Notes: a model not told the origin generated them from the sequence alone. DNA of 64,000 bases from Bdellovibrionales bacterium (GCA_965262715.1 OZ253553.1:448001-512000), one strand, 5' to 3'; counted from the first letter of the stretch, positions 52,841 through 64,000 are shown. Translations and numbers: made by a program.

Positions 52841-54802
52841 CTAAGTACTTTCTATATTAAGAAGGATTTTTTTATATTGGTCTAAACATTGAGGATTGGC
52901 AAGGCTCTGAAAACTCTCGCTATCATGACCTTCAAATAAATTGCGGATCAATATCTCCATTTTTTTACCATTTCTAGTGTAAGGAATATCATCCACTTGA
53001 AAGATATAAGAAGGGAGATGTCTTATAGTCAGTCTCTTCTTGATCCGATCACGTATAAGATGCTTAAAATCTTCGTCAAATAGATCTTTTTGACACTTTA
53101 CAAAAAGTAAGACTTTCACATCATTATCAAAGGTTTTACCTATACATAAACTGTCCTCAATACCATTAAACCCTTCAAGGACATTATAAATTTCTGCTGT
53201 GCCAATGCGCACTCCTCCAGGGTTTAAAGTGGCATCGGAACGCCCAAACATACATACAGTTCCTTTATCTGATAGGCGCACTTGATCTCCATGTCGCCAA
53301 GTATTGGGATAAACAGAAAAATAAGCTTTTTTATAATTTTCTCTATCATCCTTGAATATATCTAAAACAGGTTGTGATGGAAAACTCTGTTGACAAACAA
53401 GCTCTCCTTCTTCTCCTATGATAGCCTTTCCTTTATGATCAAAGACAGCTACATCCATGCCCAAACCAATACAAGTGATCTCTCCACTATAAACAGGTAG
53501 TATAGGATTTCCTAACATAAAGCAGCTTAAAATATCTGTGCCACCTGCAATGCTAGATAACATCACATCTGATTTTATATTGTGATACACAAACTCAAAA
53601 AGCTCATTGCTCAGCGGAGCTCCTGTGGAAAGAATGGTCTCTAATGTTGGTAGATTTAAATCTTTATTATAACCTGATTCTTTTAGCATTTGTAGAAATT
53701 TTGGACTTGTTCCAAAAATATTAATTTTATGCCTATTGATAATATCAAAAAAATGCTTTGTAGAAAGAAATTTTGGAGAGCCTTCAAAAAAGCAAATAGT
53801 ACCACCAAAAAATAAACCACTTATAAGCCAGTTCCACATCATCCATGCGCAAGTAGTAAAATAAAAAAGCGTTTTATCTAAGTTAAAATCACAATGAAGT
53901 CCCAATTCTTTGATATGCTGAAGCAGTGTTCCTCCTACACTATGGATAATGCATTTTGGCTTTCCTGTTGTTCCTGAAGAGTACATAATATAAAGTGGAC
54001 TTTTAAATGGAACTCTAACAAATTTGAGATCTACAGCCTCTGTCTTGCTGATTGTTTTTTCCCAAATATCTACTTTTTTAATGGTGCTGCCTGTATTTAA
54101 AAAGTCAATGGCAATAATCTTTTTAAGACTTTTTAGAGAAGTCATAATCTCTTGAATATTGTCTTTAAGGTGATAGCGTTTTCTGTTGTATTCATAAGCG
54201 GTAGCTGTGACGAGGACTTTGGGTTTTGTTTGAGCAAAACGATTTAAAACACTTTGAACACCAAAATCGCAACTGATAGAGGTAAAAGTGCCTCCTAAAG
54301 AGGCTGTTCCAAGCATAGCAATTACAGTCTCTACAGTATTTGGCATATAGGCGGCTACCACATCATTAACACCAACAACATCTTTGATATAGTTTTGAAA
54401 CTTTGCTACTTCTGATCGCAGTTCTTTATAAGATAGTTTTTTAACATGGCCTGACTCGCTTTCAAATGTTAAAGCAATTTGATCATCTTTTCCTTGAGAT
54501 AATAAGTTTTCGGCAAAGTTAAGCTTAAGAGAAGGAAACCAAGTGTAATCAAAAAATGTGTTTTTAGTAGAGATAAGTGTTGGGTCACCTTCATAAATCA
54601 CAGGGTAAAAGTTTAAAAGATCTCTCCAAAATGTACCTTTGTTTTTTTGTGGAGGGTTTGTTGGTGGTTGAATACTATATTGGTAAAGTTCTTGATAGGA
54701 AGAAAATCCTCTCTTTTTCATAAACTTTAACATTTGAGATTGAGCTTGCCTTTCTTGACTGGCTTGCCATATTTTCTTAAGCTTTGTAGCTTTGTCTTTC
54801 AA
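52841..54802 (-). CDS. Acetoacetate--CoA ligase
   Basis: LNFAENLL, YSSGTTGKPKCIIH, WMMWNW, GRSDATLNPGGVRIGTAEIY. Confidence 0.93.
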   Translation of the reverse strand: MKDKATKLKKIWQASQERQAQSQMLKFMKKRGFSSYQELYQYSIQPPTNPPQKNKGTFWRDLLNFYPVIYEGDPTLISTKNTFFDYTWFPSLKLNFAENLLSQGKDDQIALTFESESGHVKKLSYKELRSEVAKFQNYIKDVVGVNDVVAAYMPNTVETVIAMLGTASLGGTFTSISCDFGVQSVLNRFAQTKPKVLVTATAYEYNRKRYHLKDNIQEIMTSLKSLKKIIAIDFLNTGSTIKKVDIWEKTISKTEAVDLKFVRVPFKSPLYIMYSSGTTGKPKCIIHSVGGTLLQHIKELGLHCDFNLDKTLFYFTTCAWMMWNWLISGLFFGGTICFFEGSPKFLSTKHFFDIINRHKINIFGTSPKFLQMLKESGYNKDLNLPTLETILSTGAPLSNELFEFVYHNIKSDVMLSSIAGGTDILSCFMLGNPILPVYSGEITCIGLGMDVAVFDHKGKAIIGEEGELVCQQSFPSQPVLDIFKDDRENYKKAYFSVYPNTWRHGDQVRLSDKGTVCMFGRSDATLNPGGVRIGTAEIYNVLEGFNGIEDSLCIGKTFDNDVKVLLFVKCQKDLFDEDFKHLIRDRIKKRLTIRHLPSYIFQVDDIPYTRNGKKMEILIRNLFEGHDSESFQSLANPQCLDQYKKILLNIEST

Positions 54803-54885
54803 AATAACTCCCCTGTACTTTTTAAGTTCTTTAGCTTAATTGTATTTGTCAAGATGAATACCACACAGCACAGTAAATATAATGA

Positions 54886-57576
54886 CTAGTGGCAGGCGGC
54901 TTTAGCAGCAGCTAGTTTTGCAATAGGTATCCTGTAAGGTGAGCAGCTCACATAATCCAAACCTAACTTATGAAAAAACTCGATGCTTTTAGGATCACCA
55001 CCGTGTTCTCCACAAATACCTAACTTCAAATTTGGATTTGATTGTCGACCTAACTTCACAGCTAGCTTCATTAAAGCGCCAACTCCTTTTTGATCAATAC
55101 TTACAAAGGGATCTTGTTCATAGATTTGAAGTGCTACATAATTTTCTAAAAATAAGGCTGCATCATCTCTAGATAGTCCAAGTGTTGTTTGTGTTAAGTC
55201 ATTTGTACCAAAGCTAAAAAAGTCTACAGATAGAGCGATTTCATCAGCTGTGATAGCAGCTCTTGGAAGTTCAATCATCGTACCTATTGAAAAAGAAAAA
55301 GACACTTTTTTGTTTTGTTGCACAGATAAAACGACCTTTTTGATATCTTCTTTGATTATGTCAATTTCTTTTTTGGTTGAAGTTAGAGGAATCATAATTT
55401 CCACAAGTGGTTTTTTATCTTCTGCCATCCTTTTAAAATCATCTTGAGAAGTGCCACTGTTTATTATCAAATCTGCGATAGCTTCAGCTATGGCTCTTAT
55501 CTGCATTTTGTAAATTTCAGGGTAAGTGATAGCCAAACGACAACCTCGGTGCCCTAGCATAGGATTGGTCTCTTTCAAGTTTTGCATACGTAAGTAAAGC
55601 TTTTTTTCATCCACGTGCAATCGCTTTGCAAGAGATTTAACTTGATCTGTTGTCTGAGGTAGAAATTCATGCAGTGGAGGGTCTAATAAACGGATTGTTA
55701 CAGGCAGGCCTTTCATCTCTTGAAGTAAAGCCATAAAATCAGATTTTTGTATGGGTTGCAGTTCCCTAAGGGCATCTTGTCTTTCAGACAAACTATCTGC
55801 AAGGATCATCCTTCTTACAATATCAATACGTCTAGGATCAAAAAACATATGTTCAGTTCGACAAAGTCCAATACCTTCACTTCCAAATTGTTTTGCCAGT
55901 TTTGCGTCGCATGGTGTATCTACATTGCTGCGCACTTTTAGTTTTCTATATTTATCAGCAAGATCCATCAATCTTTGAAATTCTCCTGTCAGTTTAGGTG
56001 GATCTGTTTTTGCCTCTCCTTTTAAAATTTTTCCAGATGTACCGTCAATAGTGATCACATCTCCTAATTTCAAGAGGATATCACCAATTTTTAATGTTCT
56101 TTGGGCTTCATTGACTTCTAAGTCTCCGCAACCGACGATACAAGGCTTGCCCATACCTCTTGCTACAACGGCTGCATGGGATGTCATACCACCTCTTGCA
56201 GTTAGAATGCCAGATGAAGCAATCATTCCATGGATATCCTCAGGAGATGTTTCAAATCTGACTAGAATAGCACTTTCGCCTTGCATTTTCATGTCTTCGG
56301 CTTCTTGACTTTGAAAGACAATTTTTCCAATAGCAGCTCCTGGGCTTGCAGGAAGTCCGCGAGCCATGATACTTTTTGAAGGTATATCAGATGCTAAGTT
56401 AGGATGTAGAAATTTGTCCAAGCCAGTAGGATCAATACTTAATAAGGCCTCCTTTTCAGTGGTAAATCCCTCATCCATCATATCTATAGCTATTTTTAAT
56501 CCAGCTTGTGGAGTTCTCTTTCCACTACGTGTTTGTAAGAGCCAAAGTCGATGGTTTTCAATAGTGAATTCTAAGTCTTGCATATCTCGATAATGTCTTT
56601 CTAGTTTCTGGGCAATGACGACTAATTGTTTATAAATATCTGGCATAAGTTTTTCTAAAGATATTTGATCTGACTTTCTTATAAGATGTTCTGTAAGAGG
56701 CTGTGGAGTTCGAAGGCCAGCCACCACATCTTCTCCTTGAGCATTGAGTAAATATTCTCCAAAGAATAGCTTTTGGCCTGTGGATGGGTCACGTGTAAAA
56801 GCTACACCTGTAGCAGAATGGTTTCCTAAATTTCCAAAAACCATAGCCTGAACATTGACAGCTGTCCCCCAACCTTGGCTGTAGCCATGTAACTTACGAT
56901 AAGTTTTTGCTCTTGGTGTATTCCAACTTTCAAAAACTGATGAGATCGCAGAAAAAAGTTGATCATAAGGATCATCAGGAAAGATTTTTCCTGTTTCAGT
57001 TAGAATTTGAGATTTGAACTCTTCAACTATGGATTTTAAATCATCCACATTAAAGTCCTTACCCTTTTGAGCTTGTCTATTCTCCATGATAATTTCTAGT
57101 TGGCTATAATTCATATTCATAACAACATTAGCATACATTTGAATAAATCTACGGTAGGAATCATAAGCAAAAAAAGCGTTCTCCGAGGTTTGAGCTAACC
57201 CCTCTACAGTTTTGTCATTTAACCCTAAGTTTAAAATGGTATCCATCATACCAGGCATGCTCACTCTTGCGCCAGACCTTATGCTGAGCAATAAAGGATT
57301 TTCACCATCTCCAAATGATTTACCTGTTATTTCTTTAACTTGTGATAAGGCTTTTACAATTTGAGACTTAATTTCAGGGTGAAGTGTTTTGTTATTTTCA
57401 TAATAGATACGACAGATTTCAGTTGAGATGGTAAAGCCTGGAGGTACAGGAATGCCTAAGGATGACATTTCTGCAAGATTTGCCCCTTTGCCTCCAAGTA
57501 GGTCCTTCATTCCTGCATGACCATCTGTTTTTTGTTCTGAAAAGAAATACAAAAATTTCTTTGGTATCTGATCCAT
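54886..57576 (-). CDS. ppdK: Pyruvate, phosphate dikinase
   Basis: LGGKGANL, GGMTSHAAVVARG, GLCRTEHMF, CGEHGGDP. Confidence 0.98.
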   Translation of the reverse strand: MDQIPKKFLYFFSEQKTDGHAGMKDLLGGKGANLAEMSSLGIPVPPGFTISTEICRIYYENNKTLHPEIKSQIVKALSQVKEITGKSFGDGENPLLLSIRSGARVSMPGMMDTILNLGLNDKTVEGLAQTSENAFFAYDSYRRFIQMYANVVMNMNYSQLEIIMENRQAQKGKDFNVDDLKSIVEEFKSQILTETGKIFPDDPYDQLFSAISSVFESWNTPRAKTYRKLHGYSQGWGTAVNVQAMVFGNLGNHSATGVAFTRDPSTGQKLFFGEYLLNAQGEDVVAGLRTPQPLTEHLIRKSDQISLEKLMPDIYKQLVVIAQKLERHYRDMQDLEFTIENHRLWLLQTRSGKRTPQAGLKIAIDMMDEGFTTEKEALLSIDPTGLDKFLHPNLASDIPSKSIMARGLPASPGAAIGKIVFQSQEAEDMKMQGESAILVRFETSPEDIHGMIASSGILTARGGMTSHAAVVARGMGKPCIVGCGDLEVNEAQRTLKIGDILLKLGDVITIDGTSGKILKGEAKTDPPKLTGEFQRLMDLADKYRKLKVRSNVDTPCDAKLAKQFGSEGIGLCRTEHMFFDPRRIDIVRRMILADSLSERQDALRELQPIQKSDFMALLQEMKGLPVTIRLLDPPLHEFLPQTTDQVKSLAKRLHVDEKKLYLRMQNLKETNPMLGHRGCRLAITYPEIYKMQIRAIAEAIADLIINSGTSQDDFKRMAEDKKPLVEIMIPLTSTKKEIDIIKEDIKKVVLSVQQNKKVSFSFSIGTMIELPRAAITADEIALSVDFFSFGTNDLTQTTLGLSRDDAALFLENYVALQIYEQDPFVSIDQKGVGALMKLAVKLGRQSNPNLKLGICGEHGGDPKSIEFFHKLGLDYVSCSPYRIPIAKLAAAKAACH

Positions 57577-57611
57577 GATTTCTCTATATGTTAATATTAA
57601 AAATAGCCATT

Positions 57612-58964
57612 TTACTTATGTTTTAATTGATCTCTAATATAAGATGGTAACTGTGATATACTAATGCGTTCTTGTTTCATAGAATCCCTATCTCTAACAG
57701 TTACCTTTTCATCTTCTAAGGATTCAAAATCCACTGTTACACAAAATACAGTGCCAATCTCATCTTGTCTTCTATATCTTTTACCAATACTACCTGTTTC
57801 ATCATACTGCAGTGATATATCTTCTAAAGTAAAATCTTTATAGACATCTTCGTATAGTTTCTCTGCAATTTCTTTTAAAGAGGCTTTTTTAGAAAGGGGA
57901 AGGATAGCAAGTGTGACAGGAGATAAAAGAGGATGAAGTTTCATAACAACTCGCATGTCATTTTCTTGATTCTTAGAAGGTATACTTTCTTGTCTATAGG
58001 CATCACAAAGAGACATTAAAACAAATCGGTCACAACCTGCAGATGTTTCAATCACATAAGGTAAAAATTTTTCTTTACTATCTTCACTAAAAAATTCAAG
58101 ATTTTTACCTGAGAACTTTTGATGTTGTTTGAGATCAAAGTCCGAACGGTGATGTATGCCTTCCACCTCTTGCCAACCTATAGGGAACTTGTACTCAATA
58201 TCAAAAGCTGCCTTTGCATAATGGGCTAACTCATCAGATTTATGTTGTCTTATTCTTATGTTGTTTTTATCAAAGTGTTGATAAAATTTCAGACGTATAT
58301 CCTTCCACTCCTTAAGATATTTTTCATCAGTGCCTGGCTTAACAAAATATTGCATTTCCATTTGTTCAAACTCTCTAGTGCGAAAAGTAAAATTACCGGG
58401 TGTGATTTCATTTCTAAAAGCTTTTCCTATTTGAGCGATACCAAAAGGGATTTTCTTTCTCATACTCACATAAATATTTTCAAAATTAACAAAAATACCT
58501 TGTGCTGTCTCTGGTCTTAAATATATTTGGGAAGCAGAATCTTCCATAGCTCCCATAAATGTTTTGAACATAAGGTTAAATTGTTTAGGTGGTGTAAGAT
58601 TTGTGCTTTTGCAATCAGGACACTGCGTATTTTTTGCATCATCTTCTGGTCTAAATCTGATTTTACAGTCTCTACATTGAATAAGAGGATCTGAAAAGCC
58701 ATCTACATGACCTGAGGCCTCCCAGATTCTAGGGTGCATCAAAATAGCAGCATCAACTCCAACAATGTCTCTTCTAGATGTCATAGACTTCCACCAAAGC
58801 TTTTTAACATTTTGTTTTAATTGTACTCCTAGAGGGCCATAGTCATAACAGGCATTTAAGCCTCCATAGATCTGACTGCTTGGAAAAATAAATCCTCGTC
58901 TTTTGCACAAAGATACAAGAGTTTGTAAATCTTCTAATCTTTTAGATTTATCAGCTTCTTTCAT
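57612..58964 (-). CDS. glyQS: Glycine--tRNA ligase (alpha2 type)
   Basis: [31 protein letters not shown]. Confidence 0.97.
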   Translation of the reverse strand: MKEADKSKRLEDLQTLVSLCKRRGFIFPSSQIYGGLNACYDYGPLGVQLKQNVKKLWWKSMTSRRDIVGVDAAILMHPRIWEASGHVDGFSDPLIQCRDCKIRFRPEDDAKNTQCPDCKSTNLTPPKQFNLMFKTFMGAMEDSASQIYLRPETAQGIFVNFENIYVSMRKKIPFGIAQIGKAFRNEITPGNFTFRTREFEQMEMQYFVKPGTDEKYLKEWKDIRLKFYQHFDKNNIRIRQHKSDELAHYAKAAFDIEYKFPIGWQEVEGIHHRSDFDLKQHQKFSGKNLEFFSEDSKEKFLPYVIETSAGCDRFVLMSLCDAYRQESIPSKNQENDMRVVMKLHPLLSPVTLAILPLSKKASLKEIAEKLYEDVYKDFTLEDISLQYDETGSIGKRYRRQDEIGTVFCVTVDFESLEDEKVTVRDRDSMKQERISISQLPSYIRDQLKHK

Positions 58965-59186
58965 GATTAGGATTCTTTTATTTGGCCTCGTTTAATTTAT
59001 CTTAACTTTCCTATGTCCTTATCCTCATTTCAATAGATGACTCAAATCTTTATAGTTAACAAAAAGATTTGGAGTGATCCGCAAATGACAGGAATTGTAA
59101 GGAATGATTTCCTTTAAATATAAAAAAATGAGTATATCTCTATTCTTTCTGGGAAACTTATCAAGCTAGTAACCTGTTTATGGCAA

Positions 59187-59274
59187 CTGTTGCTTATGTA
59201 TCAATCTGTAACCTATGCCTAAATATGTACACATGTGTCAAGAATAAACTGTTACCTACGTCTCAATATGTACA
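59187..59274 (+). mobile_element. IS481-like terminal region with tandem tgtaacctatg-type motifs
   Basis: Three related motifs, two ending in TACA; similar to 5881-5905. Confidence 0.45.
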
Positions 59275-59719
59275 TTTCATATAAGTAGCTGGAGAAGTGG
59301 AAGAAACTCCTTTTTTTGAAGCTTTGTATCGTCTTTTAAGGACATTTAAGAAGCGATCTAAGCTAGAGGCACTCATTTCTTGTAAAAGACTTCTAACCTG
59401 ATTATTTACATTATAATAAGGTAATCAATTTCTGAAGGCAGCTTTCATTCCTCTAGCAGATATTCGATCCATCTGTTTCCAAAGATATTCAATATGAGGT
59501 AAGAGCAACTCTTGAGGATACTTCTGTTTTACTCCGCACCTTCTTATTATTGGATAATGTACTGTCTCTTGATATCTTCAGTTGCCTGATGATAGTTTTT
59601 CTGTGAAGTCCGGTGACTTAAGTAGCATGCTTTTATATATCAGTCTTTTCAATCTTCCTAGATTCAAAGTAGAAGTTGGCTAATTCATTGATATATTCTC
59701 AGCTAGTATAGCAGATCAT
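59275..59719 (-). pseudogene. Degraded N-terminal fragment of an ISNCY-type transposase
   Basis: Minus-strand translation TGLHRKTIIR...KYPQELL...LWKQMDRISAR.MK...MSASSLDRFL with several stops and a frameshift. Confidence 0.65.
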
Positions 59720-59810
59720 GATTGCCTCTCTTGTTTGGTAAATTCATTGAAAAACTTGACTTTTTTTAATGATAAACAAGGGAGGGATTCTAAGACAAGC
59801 AATCCGAAAA

Positions 59811-59950
59811 TCAAAATTACATCACCAAGCTTTGGTAACATATATTCTGAGGTAATTCGACCAGCTTGCTTCGTTTGCCAGAATATTGAATTTTGTATGA
59901 AGTCGAGTTATACTTATTTTAAAATACGAAACTTATTTTTTGAGGACCCT
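59811..59950 (+). repeat. 140-bp MITE-like repeat (partner 63737-63876)
   Basis: Near-identical direct copies on both sides of the adhesin gene. Confidence 0.85.
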
Positions 59951-60114
59951 TTCTAAGGTTTATTACCATAGCAAATTATCAATAAACTTAAAGTTGTCCT
60001 GTTGAGAGACAGATATTTTATCAATTCGCAACAAGTTTATAAATTTCTGAACTTAAATGTTGTCTTAATACTAGACTAGATAGTCCAGTGTCTTAATGAT
60101 TTCAGCTACTTAGC

Positions 60115-60278
60115 AGTGTAACTTACGTACATAAGTTACAGTCCTGTAACCTTAAAATCATTGATGTTTTTGGCCATGTTCCATACCAATGACCGTCAAT
60201 GAAAACCTCATTCTCTTATCCTATATCGGTAGTTATTTCAATAACTTAATACTGTAACTTATGTACGTAAGTTACAGT
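60115..60278. promoter_or_regulatory. Pair of inverted 11-6-11 palindromic sites enclosing a sigma28-like promoter
   Basis: agtgtaactta-cgtaca-taagttacagt and actgtaactta-tgtacg-taagttacagt; TTAAG-N15-CCGATA on the minus strand at 60224-60249. Confidence 0.5.
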
Positions 60279-60526
60279 CCAGTTGAGCTAAAAAGCAGCC
60301 TTTTGGCTTGGTATTTAAGGTTTTCACTTCTGATATTTTTGGTCATGTTTCCTTTCAAATTAAGCATCTTGAGAAGACAGATAAAAGAAAAATGATATAG
60401 AAAATTAAATTTATTATCTTAAATAACATTTATTTTTTATTAATTAGGGAGTTTTTATCATGAAAACATTTTTAGTAAGTGGTGATTGATGAAAGATATA
60501 AAGTGTGAAAGTGAAGGAGAGCTATT

Positions 60527-63500
60527 GTGGTATCATTTCTTCGGAGGATGAATTGTCTTACTTCTAAAATTAATTCTTTAGTTAATCTCAAATTGTTTAA
60601 TCGGTTAAGTAATTTAAAAAAAACAGTCACCTCTCTCACCTTCTTTAGTGTAGGAATTAAGTTCTATGTTCGTTCTCGTGAGAGTGGAATGATGCTGGTA
60701 GAAGTTATCTTAATAGCTGTTTTTTTACTTGGCACAGCTTTAGGAGCTACTTATTTTTTTACTCAAACAGAAGTCACTATGAAGTCCTCTTCTCAAGTGA
60801 TAGAATGTCAAACTATTGTCAAACAAGCTTTAGAAGATGTTGTGTCACTAGGAACTCGTCTTTATGGTTATAAAATTAAACATGACACTTCTAACTTAAG
60901 TTACACCCCTCTTTTTATTACAAAAGACTCAAAAGCTTATAATGTGGATGATAATATAAAAGATGTGGGTGATGGAAGTGAATTAAGTTTTCCTCCTGAG
61001 ATGTATCAAGAACTCTATAGAAACCTTGTGGGTATGGACATTGATCCTCCTATAAAAGTTAGTCCAGAAAGTAACACCGGTAAACCTATTATCAGTGATA
61101 GAAATACACATCCTATTGAAGTTTCCACATCCACACTCATTGTCAATTCTACCAATGTTTTGCAATATCTCTATAATGCAGACCCTGCTTATTCTACAGG
61201 TGATGGCAAATTACTGAATAACAATAACGGTCTTATATCTTCTGTTTTACAAAAATATAAAGAACAATTTGATTTAAGTAATATCGAACTTTATTTGAAG
61301 ATCACACCTGTTAAAGGTAATACTGTTATCAGTACAATGCCTGTTTTAACTCGTCCATATTTTCTTGCAAATTCTAACGAAATATCTTCGGATTTAACAA
61401 TTTTAGGAGAAGCAGGTATTGGGTTTGAAGTTAGAGTCAAATTGCAATATGAAAGCAATAATCAAGAATTTACTTGTGACGGTGCACATCAGTTTCATCA
61501 TCAAACAACAGGGGAAAGTGGAAACCCTACAGCTTTAGATGTGACTTTAAAGGGTTTAAAAAATGGAACTGGTAAAGATTTTCTACAAGATGCAAGTTTA
61601 GTAAAGACATCTTGTGACACATATGGTGGTGGATATGAAGATATAACTGTGACATTGGACTTTAACACACTGACAAAAAGTCAACAATTTGGAACAGTTA
61701 TTTTATGTCAAATGAATACTTATTGTCGGAGTGAGGGAGACGATGGGGATTACACTGATCCTAAATCTGGAGCAATTTGCACACCTGAGAAAGGGCGTTT
61801 TCAAAGGTGTCATAATATTAATCCTAAACCTAGTTCAGATCAAGAGTGGACATTTAAGTCAAAGCTAGAGTCAGAGCAAGTTCTGGTTTTGCAATTTAAT
61901 GATATGAAGGACAATAGAAGATATGACCTAAATGTAGCAGAATTTGCTTTAGATGGAGAAATACTGAGGTCGTCTCAGAAGTTCATATTTTATATAGATG
62001 AAAGAAGACCTTATGTAGGTGATAGACAGATCACAGGAGATGATGTGGGTCTTCCCACTGATAATATAAAAGAGCGAGACTATAATGGTCCTTTTACCAA
62101 TTGGAAAAAACCAGTGGATTCTCCAAATGATAAGTGGCTTCAATGCAATAAACAACCTGTGGATTTTGGGATCACAATAGAAGATCAATTCACGCATAAT
62201 TTGAGAAACTGTGATATCTCATGGAAGAGAGAGGATGGAGCCGGTAGCACTTCCTCTGCTCCTGTCACTTCAACTTTTGATAGTCCTAATGGGACTTGCA
62301 AAGGAAGTTTGGGTACGATTGAACAAGGGCGTCAAACGATTCAGTTTAACCCAAAAGATACTTGTGAGCCAGGACCTTGGAATACAGAAAACTTAGTATG
62401 GGATACAGATCTACCAAGTAGTTACAAAGTACAAGACTTTCCAAGTACAATATGGTTACCGGGTAACAGTCAAGATGGTTATGCTATAGACACAATTGTT
62501 CCAGCAAAAAACCAAGTTGGAAAACTTCCAAAACATTACTCTGTAGATTGCCAAGAAAATTATATGGGAAACAATCCTAGAGATGACGGCGATGGTAAGC
62601 CTTTACAATGTAAAATTATAAATACCTATGCAGGGAATGACGATGGGGCCAAACTAAATACTGTAGGAGTTAGATATTATCATGTGTGTGGCAATCAAGG
62701 AAAAAGTTGTCAGAATACAACAAAACGGACAGACTGGGGTATTTACAACCCCGATGATTCAAGCTGCGATGTTACGTGTGGTCCTCAGAGTTCTTGTTGT
62801 AGAGGACTCCCATGTGAGTTTGATTATGGTGCAACGGGGATACAAAAAAGTGATGATGTATCTTCACCTCAAAACAGGCTTAAATTGTCTAAGGCTTTAG
62901 GCGACTGTGTAAAAATAAGTGGTAGTGGTTGTTATACAAGTACAGCACCTACAACCGGGGCATACGTTGGTACTTGCATGAAATCTTTTTGTTCGATAGG
63001 TTGTTCAAATCCTGTAGGCGGAACTCAAACTGGAAAGCTTGCACAAGGAGAAGGTGGCAGTGTAAAGGATGATCCAAGATATCCTGAAAGAAAAACGAGG
63101 CAGGACTTTAGGGATAACGACCCTGGCTGTCCACCTTCTGGAGTTTGTAATTGTAGTTATAATGCGCCATGTAAAGCTGACCAGCCATTTGAAGAGTACG
63201 AGAGGGTAACTTCCTCTTGTAATGGACTTCGGGAAGGGGCTGATTGTTCATTTACACAAAAGTATCGTTGTCAATTGGACAACCCTGCCAGACAGACAAC
63301 TGATGCTCCCTATAGTGGGACATGTGTTTATCTCACAATGAGAACAGGACCTGTACCTATGGGGGTATCTTGTACGGTCCCTGCTAGATGTACAAATGGT
63401 CAATATAAACGAGATAACAACGGCAACCTGGTATTCGATGCAAATGGCCAAATGATATATGAGTGTTTATCAGTATATGAACCTGGCAATACTTTTACAT

Positions 63501-63676
63501 GTAGTATTAGCTTCACAGGTGGAAAATGTCCAAAACCTAGTGGGAACTGTACTCCAAACGATGGAGATATGACTGGGGAAGCAGCTACATCAAGAGATAT
63601 AAGTTGTATTGCCTGTGATTCTAGTACGACATGCTGTCCGGGAGATTCTAGCGTGACTAATCCTAATTGCCCTTAA
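60527..63676 (+). CDS. Large type IV pilin-like adhesin with Cys-rich C-terminus
   Basis: Prepilin motif SG|MMLVEVIL plus hydrophobic helix; Cys-rich last ~350 aa; true start probably downstream of 60527. Confidence 0.75.
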   Translation: MVSFLRRMNCLTSKINSLVNLKLFNRLSNLKKTVTSLTFFSVGIKFYVRSRESGMMLVEVILIAVFLLGTALGATYFFTQTEVTMKSSSQVIECQTIVKQALEDVVSLGTRLYGYKIKHDTSNLSYTPLFITKDSKAYNVDDNIKDVGDGSELSFPPEMYQELYRNLVGMDIDPPIKVSPESNTGKPIISDRNTHPIEVSTSTLIVNSTNVLQYLYNADPAYSTGDGKLLNNNNGLISSVLQKYKEQFDLSNIELYLKITPVKGNTVISTMPVLTRPYFLANSNEISSDLTILGEAGIGFEVRVKLQYESNNQEFTCDGAHQFHHQTTGESGNPTALDVTLKGLKNGTGKDFLQDASLVKTSCDTYGGGYEDITVTLDFNTLTKSQQFGTVILCQMNTYCRSEGDDGDYTDPKSGAICTPEKGRFQRCHNINPKPSSDQEWTFKSKLESEQVLVLQFNDMKDNRRYDLNVAEFALDGEILRSSQKFIFYIDERRPYVGDRQITGDDVGLPTDNIKERDYNGPFTNWKKPVDSPNDKWLQCNKQPVDFGITIEDQFTHNLRNCDISWKREDGAGSTSSAPVTSTFDSPNGTCKGSLGTIEQGRQTIQFNPKDTCEPGPWNTENLVWDTDLPSSYKVQDFPSTIWLPGNSQDGYAIDTIVPAKNQVGKLPKHYSVDCQENYMGNNPRDDGDGKPLQCKIINTYAGNDDGAKLNTVGVRYYHVCGNQGKSCQNTTKRTDWGIYNPDDSSCDVTCGPQSSCCRGLPCEFDYGATGIQKSDDVSSPQNRLKLSKALGDCVKISGSGCYTSTAPTTGAYVGTCMKSFCSIGCSNPVGGTQTGKLAQGEGGSVKDDPRYPERKTRQDFRDNDPGCPPSGVCNCSYNAPCKADQPFEEYERVTSSCNGLREGADCSFTQKYRCQLDNPARQTTDAPYSGTCVYLTMRTGPVPMGVSCTVPARCTNGQYKRDNNGNLVFDANGQMIYECLSVYEPGNTFTCSISFTGGKCPKPSGNCTPNDGDMTGEAATSRDISCIACDSSTTCCPGDSSVTNPNCP

Positions 63677-63736
63677 GCATTGAGGAATTTGTCATCTGAA
63701 AAGTTCTCTTATTTTCATATTTATTTAGAATTCATC

Positions 63737-63876
63737 TCAAAATTACATCACCAAGCTTTGATAACATATATTCTGAGGTAATTCGATCAGCTTACTTCGT
63801 TTGCCAGAATATTGAATTTTGTATGAAGTTGAGTTATGCTTATTTTAAAATACGAAACTTATTTTTTGAGGACCCT
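63737..63876 (+). repeat. 140-bp MITE-like repeat (partner 59811-59950)
   Basis: Near-identical to 59811-59950. Confidence 0.85.
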
Positions 63877-63877
63877 T

Positions 63878-63973
63878 GTGTCATGCAACTCTTATCAAGG
63901 GGATGCTTGTTGTACAACGCTTCCATGTGAGTTTGAGTTTGGTAGTATAGGGGAGACTGCGGAGACTGCGTAA
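63878..63973 (+). pseudogene. Orphan fragment paralogous to the adhesin Cys-rich region
   Basis: VSCNSYQGDACCTTLPCEFEFG versus VTCGPQSSCCRGLPCEFDYG in the gene. Confidence 0.55.
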
Positions 63974-64000
63974 AGTTGTAAAGCTTGCGTAAGGTGAGTT

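Noticed and set aside
59735..59956. 73-aa ORF
   Set aside because: Mostly made of the 140-bp repeat; no coding evidence
196..63451. Many short antisense or nested ORFs in the track
   Set aside because: They overlap well-supported genes and have no recognisable motifs

Overview
AT-rich bacterial chromosome segment, most likely from Bdellovibrionota (Bd0055-like histone, FQNC lipoboxes, sigma28-like promoters). Housekeeping genes: TRAP/TAXI transporter, ccsA, der, fadIJ, tolB, acetoacetate-CoA ligase, ppdK, glyQS. There are two defence regions. (1) A ~16 kb DNA phosphorothioation island (dndBCDEA facing pbeABCD, plus two ParB-like proteins and a PD-(D/E)XK nuclease). It has no integrase and is bounded by a 313-bp duplicate of the ccsA 3' end and a duplicate of the neighbouring ATPase 3' end. 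(2) An unusual type I CRISPR-Cas locus: Cas6e-like, Cas7fv, Cas5fv, unfused Cas3 (disrupted), Cas1 with mixed I-E/I-F features, stand-alone Cas2, no Cas8/Cas11, and an array of 14 perfect repeats. Three units of CRISPR repeat + ~155-bp hairpin element + CRISPR repeat surround the locus, and a metalloprotease gene (later hit by IS1634 and IS256) sits between two copies of a 32-bp spacer-sized sequence. A candidate invertible promoter lies upstream of a large pilin-like adhesin gene. All family assignments come from motif recognition and recalled reference sequences; no database searches were run.
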